Below, in pieces: positions 52,831 through 63,974 of a stretch of DNA of 63,974 bases. The position numbers and the translations under genes are program-made. The stretch's first letter is position 1, and each line of letters begins with the position of its first letter. The notes beneath the pieces are model-generated. The model was not told the origin of the DNA and did not search any database. It saw only the letters and a program-made list of their open reading frames with translations. Source of the DNA: Rhina ancylostomus (taxonomy: Eukaryota); the NCBI GenBank assembly GCA_030265395.1, contig JARFYF010000112.1:66156765-66220738 (forward strand), written 5' to 3'.

Positions 52831-53199
52831 AAATGAACATTGAATACAGGAGTGCAAAATAACATCATGCACTTTATTTGTGCTAGGTCTTCCTTGAAAC
52901 CATGAAAGAAGATCCGAATCCAAAAGAAAATATCTTGAAACAAAAATTCATTCTGGTTGTTAGAAGATAAGAGATCCTCTCCTTCCTAAGCTTTTGACTC
53001 CTATTCATGCTTCAACTCCTACAGCTTGACACTTCTGGAATAAAAGCCACAGGATCACCAGGAAGTGAGTGGAGAATCCACGTGCTTACTCTAATTGCAG
53101 TTTTGCTAACTGTACCATCCTAGAGGCTGCAGCCTGCACTGACCAGAGGGGGGTTTCATCAGGCACAGTGGGTGCTAGGGGATGAGAATTGTGTGAGCT

Positions 53200-53358
53200 G
53201 ATGTGGCAGAGAGAATCTTAGGGACGTGAAAATCCACAAATTTTCCTGAAAACTTCTCTCCATTCCAGACAAGGAACCCATGGAGTAAAGTTTCAGGAAA
53301 ACTTGTGGATTTTCATGTCCCTGACAGCATGTCAAAAAGAGAATGTCTCTGCCACATC
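53200..53358. repeat. Long imperfect hairpin (~44-bp inner stem, 13-bp outer stem)
   Basis: 53220-53263 pairs with 53280-53322. GATGTGGCAGAGA (53200-53212) pairs with TCTCTGCCACATC (53346-53358). Confidence 0.9.
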
Positions 53359-54729
53359 TACCAGGATGGAACTAAGGGACAATGCACATAATTCCTTTTT
53401 ATTTAACTGGGATCCATAGCGAGAGGTCAGTGTAACATGGTTCATCTTCCCTTTCGCTCATGTGGACCTTATGCAGAAGCTCTTTAAGGACTCTGCTTGT
53501 CTACAGAGGAGAACACAGTACACTGGACGTGACCTTTGGGGAGCTACTAATAAATGTGGCATAACAAGACCCAGAGGCAAAGGAAACATAAACACTGTAG
53601 GTGTATTGCAGACCTTCCAACCTTCCCAAAATTTTTATTACTTTAAGGGGCTCAGTGATGAAGGTTAATCATATTGATTGTGCACCAAACCAAGTCCGCT
53701 TCCCTATTACAGCTGTGATTATGGGGATCCATCAGCAGGGCCAGCGCTATTTTATTTCAATTAAATGCATACATTAAAGAGTTTTGCAGGCACTCACGTT
53801 GATAGATGTGTCAGCACTTGCAATTTACATAGTGATGTAATTGTCATCAAGATAAATCTCAAGAAATTTTTTCAGTCATTGCTTGAATTACAGAAAGCTC
53901 TCACCATAATGGCGAAGTGCTTATCCATTTAATTGGACTATATATGCAATGACTTCTATTAGTGAAGGCATCTGATGGGAGCCTGAGCTGATAAACTTGA
54001 TGAGTGGAATGTTTTGCATTTCCATAGTGCTATTTGCATAAATACCACTACTTGTAAGCCTGATATAGCACTCTTGTCATCAATATCAACCGAACAAAAT
54101 GCATAAAGATCTTAACCTTGAATTAACACATTCCTTAAGAAACATGACTATTTTTATAGATGCCCCCAGTGATGTAGATTAAACACTGATGTTTGTTTCT
54201 GTGCATGATCAAATGACCCGTGCTGGAAAAGGGGATGGCTTTAGATAGAAAGATGTTACGGTCGACCATTTGACACAGGACTTGAGGTATCATGAGCGTT
54301 CCACTGTGTTTTCTGCCAATTGAATGGGAATCCTAAGCAGCCAGGGTACCTCGCCTTGTAGGAGCATTAAGACCTGAAATGGAATTTTGCACCACTTTTT
54401 GGTGCACTAAACGCATGCTGCAGAACAGGTTAACAACCAATCAACTTCCCCATAAACGTCACATTGGCCAAGCAATGGTATGGTGGTTTACACCGCTGCT
54501 GAATAGGGCTTTGTGATTCCTAACAGGTCCAGGTTCTTCAACTGTAGCTTCTGACAATTTATAGCAGAACTCTCTGAGAAGGGCATCAGTCCTTTAAGGC
54601 ACATTTCCCAGAGCAGACGGCTAGTAGGAATGTCCACTGTTGCTGATGTGGAGGAGGCAGAGACTGCAGAGGATTTAGAGAGTTCCACAAGTGAGTGAAA
54701 GAGACCTGATAATCCCATCAACTATATGA

Positions 54730-54925
54730 AATATACATCAATGATTTGGACAGGAGAACCAACTGTAACATTTCTAAGTTTGCCGATGACACAAAACTGG
54801 GTGAGATTGTGGAGGAAGAACCAACAGAGCTTCAAAGCAACGCCAACAAGTTAGGTGAATGGGCAAATACATGGCAGATGCAGTACAGTGTGTATTACAT
54901 GAGGTTATCCACTTTAGTAGGCAAA
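54730..54925 (+). mobile_element. CR1 RT fragment
   Basis: YINDLDRRTNCNISKFADDTKLG...LGEWANTWQMQY. Confidence 0.9.
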
Positions 54926-55685
54926 CAAGAAGGTGGACCATCTGATCTGGCTGCACCCTTCTGGTTTTAGTATTGAATTCAACAATTTCAGGAGTCTCAC
55001 TTTTTCTGTGTGTGCATATATTTAGATGTACATTTAGACCGAACAGTCCTCTCAATCAAAAGGCAAAAAGCTGACAATACTCAGAGGTCAGGCATCTACT
55101 GTGGAGAGAAAAGCAGAGTTAACATTTTGGGTTGATGACTTCATTAGAACTGGGAAAGGTTAGAAGTGAAAAAGCTCAAACTTGTAGAAATAGTTGGGGA
55201 GGAACAATGGGAGCAAAAGGGGAGGCTGTGTGATTGGTCCACAGCAAGAGTCTGATTTCCACTTCCCCCTTCTCTCTGACCCACCCTGCCCGCTTCCCAC
55301 CTACCTTCACCTACTTGTTTCACTTCTCACTTTTCCTGGCATTTGAATGAGATGAATGGTGAAAGCATCAGACGAAGGAGAGCCTTGAGGTACAAGACCA
55401 GTAAACGGATTGAACCAGTTCCTGTTTTGTTCAAAGGCCACACCGCTTGCAGCGGTAGTGTGAACTTGTAGAGAGAGAGAGGGTCTTTAAGGGCTGGACC
55501 CTACTGTGAGTCAAAATGCTGACAGGTTTCAGAAAATCATTCTTGCAGCATATGAAAGTGTATGAGAGCATCACGTTCATTGCACTTGACTTGTGATCAA
55601 AAATGGTGATTCTAATGCACTGGCAGGATTGCTGTAGCTAACCTTGCAGCGTAAGATATGCTCCAATTATGAGGAGTCACAAGAC

Positions 55686-55784
55686 CCTATTTCAGTAGGC
55701 GTGTAAATGACAAAACTACTGTGTGGTCAATGTCACGATGTTTAAGGTGGACCATCTGGTCTGGCTGCACCCTACTGAAATAGG
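55686..55784. repeat. Perfect 14-bp terminal inverted repeat enclosing 71 nt
   Basis: CCTATTTCAGTAGG (55686-55699) is the exact reverse complement of CCTACTGAAATAGG (55771-55784). Confidence 0.85.
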
Positions 55785-57459
55785 CTCAAGTTCTAAGTTT
55801 CAGGGAAAGGTAGGTGGAAGGGGGGCAGGGTTGTTAATGCTATATGTATAAAGAGGGGAGTAGCACATAAATTGTGTACAAACTCAATCTGTCACTCATT
55901 TTAATATGCTCATCTGGGTTGACTGAGAGGAATTAGCAATGTCACATTGTGCAACCTTTTACAAAAGGTCACGGGGATGGAATTTTGGTTGATGTAATGG
56001 ATGAGTGAGGGATCACTGGGAAGCTCTGTAATTTTAACCTCTGATAAATGAATAGTGATGCAAGTATTTCTAGAAAAGCACCATAGATGAATTTTCACCC
56101 TTCACTGAAATATTCTTCCTTCTATTACATTTAAGAAGTACCCAAATGAGTACTTGAACAGCATCCTCAGCACCATGGACCAAGAGCTAGGAACTGGGAT
56201 TAACCAGCATATGCCAAATGGTCTTCTGTGCCAAAAGCTTTTGTGATTTCCAAGATGTTTAACAATTTTGATGTCTGTTCTGACTTCAGCCTATTTCTGG
56301 TCCTGGTTTCTGGAAAAAATAAAGACATTAGATTTACAATCAAATTCATGGATGCCTCTTCATTGCTCTTGATTTAGATTGATCTTTCTGCTTGAATATG
56401 TGGGTATGCATCCTTTACACAATGACGCTATAACAGTAAGGGAATTACCACTATTATCTGCTGCAGGGCTTCTCATGATGAGATCCTGAAGTTTCTCTGG
56501 CCACTTAGGGATAGTAGTTTATCGATGAACTTAACTTTTTCAGGAGAGGAGAGAAGCAAAAGGGGAGTGATTTAGGTAACACTGATTTTTGCAATGTTCT
56601 GCAGAGCTCAGTGTTCTGCAAGTGATTTTTTGGTCTCAAGCAATTTAACCAAAAAGCAATTGATATACACACTAATAGCAGAATAGCTAAGTCAGAATAG
56701 CTAAAATACAACAGAATTACAAAGAAGCAGCTATAAAATGTGAAATAATTAAGCTGTTGAGATATATGCACCCAGTTAGTAAGTGATAATTTGCTCTGCC
56801 AGTTCAGTGTTTGTAGAGGGGAACTGAGTTTTCTGCAGGTGTGCTAGGTCATTGCATTACCACACAGTGGTCTCAAAGCACCAGGTAAGTACTTCTGGAG
56901 TGTAGTTCTGGCTGTAACACAGAAGTTTCCACGGGGAATAAATGTACCAAACTGAGGGGCACACTCCTGTGTTGAATAAACTTCTGGGTCTGCAGCAGTG
57001 TTGATCTGAGAGATAGTTTGAATACCATTGACAAATTTTCATATGTTGCATTACTTACACCACCAGCGTAGTTGAACAAGCTTCCACCAACTAATCTACA
57101 CTACCTATTTGAAATGTGAAATATATGAACTTATTAAGACTTAAGCTGAATTATCACAGTCAAATCAGTTATAAGATGTGTTCTGTTTTCAAGGGCAAGT
57201 GTCTTGCATGGTCTAATGAACAGTACAGTGATCTTTTGTCTTATAGTCATTTCCATAATATTTTTAGCATTATTTTCTGCTCTATTTTTGGCAGCAGTGG
57301 TGAAGCCAAAAAGTTCACATTTTTTTTAAAACATATTTTAAATGCTTGAAGAAAATCATACAAATCAATTTATTTGCACTGTAATGTAACTAAACTAAAT
57401 AATAAATGGAAGGTTTGACATTTATAAACATTATAAAAAGAAATCTTTTCTTTTCACAG

Positions 57460-58027
57460 TCAGTCCAAGCCTCTGAATGCGAACGAACGGAATCAGTCCC
57501 CATGTTGATAAATAATGTGAAAATGGAATCTTCTATGCTGCTTGGTGATCTGAAGAAAGATGCACCAGTGTTACTAAGCAACATTAAGATGGAACCACCA
57601 GAGGAACTACTTTCAAATGATGATAACCAGCCACAGACAGAACCTGTTGATTTGTCCTTAAATAAATCTAGGACCTCACCAGTAGTGCCACTGGTTTCAT
57701 CGTCACTTCCAGTTATAACAGTGACCTCTTCATATTCTTCTTCGGACATCTCATCTGGGGGACCAGTCAATGTTACTTCAGCCATCCCAGCAGTGTTATC
57801 ACCAGGTTCAATTTTGGCCTCGTCCCAGGGGGTTGGAGGTCAGCAGATTCTGCATGTCATACACACTGTGCCGTCAATCAGTTTACCCAGGAAAATGGGA
57901 AATCTCCAACATTTGCCTGTGGTTGTCCAATCATTGCCTGTGGTCTACACAGCAGTGCAGCCAGATGGTATGACATCATCAATCACTGTCCCTCTTATAG
58001 GAGATGATGGAAAAAGTGAAGGTGCAG
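57460..58027 (+). CDS. klf8: Large N-terminal coding exon of Kruppel-like factor 8 (KLF3/8/12 subfamily)
   Basis: Acceptor tcttttcttttcacag and donor GCAG|gtaagg (phase 1) flank an open frame: NIKMEPPEELL, EPVDLS (CtBP motif, 57643-57657), QQILHVIHTVPS, PVVVQSLPVVYT, ITVPLIGDDGK. These parallel KLF8's IKIEPPEELL/PVDLS/QQILHVIHTIPS/ITVPLIGGDGK. The subfamily call is near-certain; KLF8 versus KLF12 is less so. Confidence 0.88.
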
Positions 58028-59400
58028 GTAAGGAAATTGATTAGTTTTCTGATTGACTCTTAAATTGTTTAGATCGCCTGCAATTTTGATGCAATGAACT
58101 TATGCTGTATAGTGACCATATTGATTTAGCAATTGATTATCTTTCCATACGCAGAGCCAAATAATCTTGCTGTGATTGCTTAACCTTGAGGCATCAGTCA
58201 GTGAGCTGGAGATTTAGGTAAATCTCTTCAACTAGTATGTAAGGTTTAGCTGAAACTGGAACTTGAAGTTCCTTTTAAATTCTTAAGACGGTTTAGAAAT
58301 CAATCCATTCAGAATACTGGAAGCCTTTTTTTTGTGTGCAATTTTTTAAAATCATTTTTCTGCACAAGTTCCAGTGTAGGGGAGAAGTAGTAAGATTATC
58401 ACTCACCATTTATATTGCAGTGACTGCTGAGCAGTGTTCATTTTCAGAGTATATTCTGCTCCTTTTAAGCATGATAAACTTAATACACATTCTCCTCCAT
58501 TTACTGTATATACCTACAATAAATGTTTTACTTTACACTGCTCAAAGTCGACAGCATCTAGCAAAACTGCAGCATTGTGTATTAACTTAATGGCATCTTT
58601 TTCAACGATGGTATGGGAATAGCACTGTTGCCTGACCTGGTTACTGGTGTAGGTGCATCCATTACACAACCAGTGCTATTGTATGTATGAGAATACAAAG
58701 TACTTACACAAAAGATCAAAATTTTTTTTAAATGATGATGATGTATGTTGTTGCACAACTCCATAAGAGCAAATTGTCTTTCTCTGTTCAACAGCCAGTG
58801 AAAAATTAGCACTGTTTCCCTGATTGCTCAGAGAATGTATTCAGTGAACAGTGCTGTCATATAGGCTGATAAGGTCCCAAGTTCAAGCTCCAGACTGTGC
58901 TTGCTAATCTCAATAACTATGCTGGTAGGTTTGTGTGGTAGGCCAATAGGTCGTGGATTAGAGGAACAAGTCGCTGGTCAGGGTTTCTGTTAAGTGAGAT
59001 AGGATTAGTCTTTCAGTGGCTGCATATCTTCCTAAAATTCAGTCAAGAGGAATATTTGAAGAAATTAGATATCTAGAATCAATATAAGTGCCCCTAGAAC
59101 CGTTGAGACGCAGTAAACCTCAATTCTAGTGCCTTCCATTATCTCCATGTTATTGCCAATATAATGCACCTAGTCACTGTTAGAACTGATGCATGTATCA
59201 GGCTCCCATAAAGCAAAGCAAGTGTACTACAATTGAGCCCACTGCTGACACTGAAATACGAAACCTGTCATGCTTGGACTCCAGTCCCACATCAACTTGT
59301 ATGATTGAACCAGCATCAAAACCATCTACAGGAGGTTCAAGAAAAAGGCTCACCATTTCAGGACAGCTAGGGATGGGCAGCAAATGCCAGCTTTGCCAGC

Positions 59401-59404
<4 letters not shown>

Positions 59405-59473
<69 letters not shown>
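59405..59473. repeat. (CA)n microsatellite, ~34 units
   Basis: Read directly from the sequence. Confidence 0.98.
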
Positions 59474-59476
<3 letters not shown>

Positions 59477-59998
59477 TACCAAGTCTCTGCTGCTCTNNNN
59501 NNNNNNNNNNNNNNNNNNNNNNNNNNNNNNNNNNNNNNNNNNNNNNNNNNNNNNNNNNNNNNNNNNNNNNNNNNNNNNNNNNNNNNNNNNNNNNNNNNNN
59601 NNNNNNNNNNNNNNNNNNNNNNNNNNNTCCCCCCCCCCCCCCCGCTCCAAATTCAAGCCAATGTCAGGAAATTGATTGCGCTCTGTTGACCTGCTTAATC
59701 AGTGTAATGTTACATACATGGATGTTAATTAAATGACTGTCAGCAAGTTGTGGAAGTCTAATGTTTTCTGTTTTCTAGTCTAATTATTTAAATATGTTCA
59801 TTGGCTCTCCGAAGTTGTGTGTTCGCCAAGCCAAATGTTTAAACGCATATTCCATTTTTGGGTGCCACTAGAACCAAAATATTTATATGTATTTATGTAT
59901 AAACTGCATAAAGGGATCAGGAGTAGTGTTTTTATAAGCAGATTCAAGATTTGCATGTTTTTCATTCTGTGATCTTTGCTTTCTTTTCCCTTCCCCAG

Positions 59999-60091
59999 TT
60001 TCGGCTCCGGTTAGAGCAGGTGGCTTGATCCTAGACCACAAGAAGGTAGAGCAGCTCAGTGAAATTATGTAATCCAGAGTGTTCTAGCCTT
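59999..60091 (+). other. Candidate alternative exon (21-nt in-frame form or 93-nt stop-containing form)
   Basis: Long pyrimidine tract plus cag at 59996-59998. Possible donors follow 60019 (CAG|gtggct), 60045 (AAG|gtagag) and 60091 (CTT|gtaagt). Confidence 0.35.
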
Positions 60092-61399
60092 GTAAGTATA
60101 GGAGCCAAAGTCATTTGGAAAGGAGAGCTTAGGTACATTGAGACCAAAATAACTACCTTTGAGCTTTGCCTGTTAATTTACAGGCAAATAACTGTCTTTT
60201 TGTAAATATGTCAGTCCCACAAGAATAAAGCTAATGGGCTAGTAGCTATAAAGTGAAATGATATAAATACTTCCAACAACGACCTGATTAGAGTGTGATG
60301 GAAAAATTTTGTTACTGCCCTGCAGACTGGAAAACAAGATTTCTATGTCTTTTGCAAGTCCAACTGCGTTGTCATTATATTGTTTTTAATCGGAGGCTGT
60401 ACCTCTCTCTTTTAGGTGTTTGCATTGTAATTATAGTGAGTGTAAAAACTTTGCAAAGTCTTTTGTGGACTTTTTATAATCACCTTAATTTCTATTTTGA
60501 GGTGTTTTGAATTTTAATTACTGGGATCTATCCCTCCTTACACGGGCACTTGTACTTAATGACGGGCATATTTTTCATTATAGTGGCAATGGTTACGGCT
60601 ACAGAGTGCCAGAGAACATGTTATAATTATGGTTAGTCAGTTACTATAATGCTTAAGTTTGTTTTTAAAATTTTGTATTTACATTTTGGGTAGAAACTGC
60701 CAATTGGCACAATATATTGATGTACTACCGGAGGTCTGTTTACTGAAATTAGTGTACTATTGGCCTTAAAAACTCCTATTTCTAAATGCTAACAAGAAAA
60801 TGTGATAATTTTGGCTCAATGGAGCTCTCATGCCTCTGAGTTAGAGGGCTGTGGGTTCCACTAAGAAGCCTAGGAACTGGCCCGAGTCTATTATCTGCTG
60901 TTAAAAAAGCATTAACTATCACTCTCTTTCTATTTTGAAATGCTCTTAAAACAACTGAAAGGCTCATTGACCCTATTTGAAAACAGTTGCTAGGCTCTCT
61001 TTTAAGTGTGAACATCAATGGCCAAACCTCAGGCATTAGGTTATAGACAAACCAGAAGTAGCAAAACAGCCCTCAAATAAACTGAGCCAAAATGGGATCC
61101 CAGTCACTTGGGGTGGTTTCAGCAGGTTTCTTCTTCAAGAATCAGTGGTCATAATTGCCAGAAGTCTTGCAAAAACAGAAATGGTCATCAAATCAGAAAT
61201 AAGCACAAGGTGGGAGAAGACCTTTTGACAAAAGAGATGGTACTTAAAACCTTACACTCCCAGGCTCCACAGGGAAGGACCCTCCAATTAACACTTCGTA
61301 ACAGGAGGAATGACTAGACAAAGGTGCCCTTCTTCCAGGTTGTACTCACTGACATTTGTAACCTCTGAAAATCATAAGTACAAACCCATACAAATGCTT

Positions 61400-61820
61400 G
61401 CCCTGGTCTCAAAGTCAAAGCCAGGGACACCTCCACTGTAGAAGTCTTGCCTCAGGATTGTTGATAGCTGTTCTGATATCTGTCACATATTTAACTTTTT
61501 TTTCACACTGCTGCATTTCAGGAGGCTAAAGATGCTCAACCAGCAGAGAACCTTCCATTTCTGATAAATGTGACTTACATTCACCCCTAGAAGGGGTATT
61601 TCACTCCATTGTAGGTGTCTATAGAAGGCAGTTAGGCCATTGCATTTACCTTTCACACAACTTTTTGCCATGAGAGCCTTTTGTACAAGGAGGTTGCCTC
61701 GTGGGCATAGTGTTCTTTACTTCCTCTGGAAGTTGCCCTGCCTTCATTACAACATGTGTTCATTCCTTGGAAACACCCTGCAATTGTGGGAACAGTGCTG
61801 GATGTATTGTGATGTGACCC
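61400..61820 (-). mobile_element. Possible L1/Tx1-like 3' remnant
   Basis: CPRG...YRHLQWSEIP...WKVLCWLSIF, loosely resembling the Tx1 C-terminal CPR..C...ET..HLL..C....VW segment. Confidence 0.3.
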
Positions 61821-62094
61821 TTTAAGTTATACTTCCTGAAGTCAGAGCTGTGTAGAAAGCTGGGGTAGGGTTTTGGTACCAGCTATTCAGTCAGTTGTCT
61901 TATTAACAACTGGGATTGACCCTCATCGAAGCTACTTTTTGTGTGGAATGTTAAACTACTGCCAACTGACTGCTCATGTAAAAACCCATGATGCTCTTCA
62001 CGGGAGAACTGTTCTGATTCTACCCTCACTTTTTTCCCCAACCTTGAATGTTATTTGTTGCTATTTGTTGGACCTTTTTGTGTAGAGAAAATAC

Positions 62095-63015
62095 TACAAT
62101 GGTTGGAGTGGTACCTTGCATGAATGAAGATGGTTGTTGTTGCTGGAGGTCAATCAAACCAATCCCAGGACATTACAACTGGATTTTCTCATGATGGTGT
62201 CCAAGGCCCATCCATTTTCAGCTGTCTCATTGTTGACTTACCTTCTGTCATAAGGTCAGATGGAGGATATTGGCTGATGATTACATATCTCCTTGGAAAA
62301 GTGAAATAATCCTCACCTGTATGTAGCAAGACCTTAACCATATTCAGGCATGGACTGATAAGTGGCAAGTAACAAAAGTGCCAGACAATGACCATCTTCA
62401 ACAAGAGAGGGTCTAACTACTTACCCTAAACGTTCATTGGCATTGCCATTGGTGAGTTCACTGCCATGTCAACATCCTGGATGTCACGATTGACCAGAAG
62501 TCGACTGGATCAGCTGCATAGATACCATGGCTACAAAAGCAACTCAGAGGTTGGGTATCCAGCAGTGAGGTATTCCTCTCCTGACACCACAAAGTCTCTC
62601 TACCATTAACAAAGTCAAGTCAGGAGAACGATAGAATATTCTGCACTTGTCTGGAGGAGTGCAGCTCCAACAACTCTGAATAGGATCAACACTCTCGGAC
62701 AACGCAGTGGCACTCTATTCACCAGCTCGTTGTGACTGCAGTGTGTCCCATTTGCAAAACAAGCTGCAGTATGCACGTATGCTACTCTGGCAGCACGTCC
62801 CTAACCTCCACCTCTACCACCATCCTGACCAAGAAGTATCTCACCTTTCCTTCTTTATTGCTTGCTTTAAGTGTTTGAACTCCCTTCCCAACAGCTTTAT
62901 GGCAGAACCTTCACCAGATGGACTGATCAAGACCATGGCGCATCGCCACCTTCTGAAGGACTACTAGTGGTGGGCAATAAATGTTGGCCATGCCGGTGAT
63001 GCCGATATCCAAAAA
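62095..63015 (+). mobile_element. CR1/L2-group LINE RT-to-3' fragment
   Basis: KMVVVAGGQSNQSQDITTGFSHDGVQGPSIFSCLIVDLPSVIRS (~GVPQGSVLGPTIFSCFINDLP), ILDVTIDQK, and a 3' end GGGCAATAAATGTTGGCC. Confidence 0.85.
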
Positions 63016-63974
63016 AAATGAAACACAAATCAAACCCGAGTTCCACTGATGTAAAATTAATATTACAGTTTTAAATTTTCACGGAAACTTACTAGTTCTT
63101 TCAGCAGAGGATGGCAGATTGTTGAAGAAATGTAAGAGAATTTGGAAGGGGGAGAAAGGAAAATATAAGGCACAGATTGCTGGATTTGAAACACTGAGCC
63201 CAAAGAATGATATGTAAATAAAATAACTTGACTTGCTGGACAATTTCTATCTCTAGACCTTTGCAGTAGCCTCATTCCAGCATTGACTTATCTGATCTTG
63301 AAGCCCTCAGCTATTCTGTTAACCATCTGAATTCAACTTTTCTGGTGTGCTTGTGCCTGGCTCCTCATGTTCCATCCTCCATAAACTGCTGTTCATTCAA
63401 TAAATACTCCGTTACCTGGGACATATCTCACTCCAGGACCCTTTTACACATCACTACCCCACTGGCTGATTGCTTTGGATCCCAATACAGCAACACCTTT
63501 ATTTTAAAATTCTTGTTTTTCACTCTTTCTATGGCTTTGCTTTTCCCCAGCTCTGCCGTCTTCTGTAGACCTACAGTTCTCTGAGGTCACAACACTCATC
63601 CAATTCTGGAGACATCACAGTTTTAGTTGCTCTGTGAGGCAACAGTGCTTTCATTTCTCTAGATCCAAAGCTCGGGAATTCCCTCAGAAATTGCTCTGTC
63701 TAACTCTTCCTTTCAATGTGCTCCACACAACTGTCCTCTATAAAACTGTCCTCTTTGGCCAAGCGTTTGATCATTTAACTAAATAATGTCTTTTATGTTA
63801 GCCGAGGTCTGGTAATGAACATCCTTATAAAGTGTCTTGAGTTATTTCATTGACTTAAAAGCACTATGTAAATGCATGTTCTCCTCCACCACATTCCTGC
63901 ATCATGGTGCATTGCTTCAATGCTGATCTAGTGTTAAATGTTTATTGGTTTGGAAAGGTTTGGCCGAGTTCATT

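Noticed and set aside
56839-56884. 46-nt exon-like segment with ctgcag acceptor and CAG|gtaagt donor
   Set aside because: After a phase-1 exon it is out of frame with both KLF acceptors, the pyrimidine tract is short, and the donor overlaps a SINE-tail-like sequence. A 5'UTR exon cannot be fully excluded.
57390-57785. 131-aa antisense ORF
   Set aside because: Shadow ORF of the KLF coding exon.
59193-59689. ORFs with TH/VC dipeptide runs
   Set aside because: Translation of the (CA)n microsatellite plus an N gap.

Overview
This is vertebrate genomic DNA, very probably from a cartilaginous fish (shark/ray), judged from the repeat families present. It comes from a gapped assembly and is almost entirely intronic or repeat-derived. 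The one confidently identified host-gene feature is the large N-terminal coding exon of a KLF3/8/12-subfamily Kruppel-like factor, best matching KLF8 (57460-58027, + strand). It carries the PVDLS CtBP motif and two SUMO-consensus motifs. No zinc-finger exons are visible, so they presumably lie downstream of the window. There is a candidate 46-nt upstream exon (33954-33999) next to a CACCC-box cluster, and a candidate micro/poison exon at 59999. The remainder is a layered transposon landscape: a 5'-complete CR1 LINE, many CR1/L2/RTE/Rex-Babar fragments, V-SINE copies, and Penelope-type elements with degenerate hammerhead-ribozyme-like motifs and palindromic derivatives. Two old fossils are scarcely visible in the ORF track: a Ty3/Gypsy pol (RT-RNase H-integrase) and a DIRS-like RT/RNase H. 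Several hairpins and local duplications remain unexplained. All family assignments come from motif recognition by eye, not database searches. I found no evidence of a clearly new biological system; the best leads are the splice architecture of the KLF gene and the unexplained hairpins.
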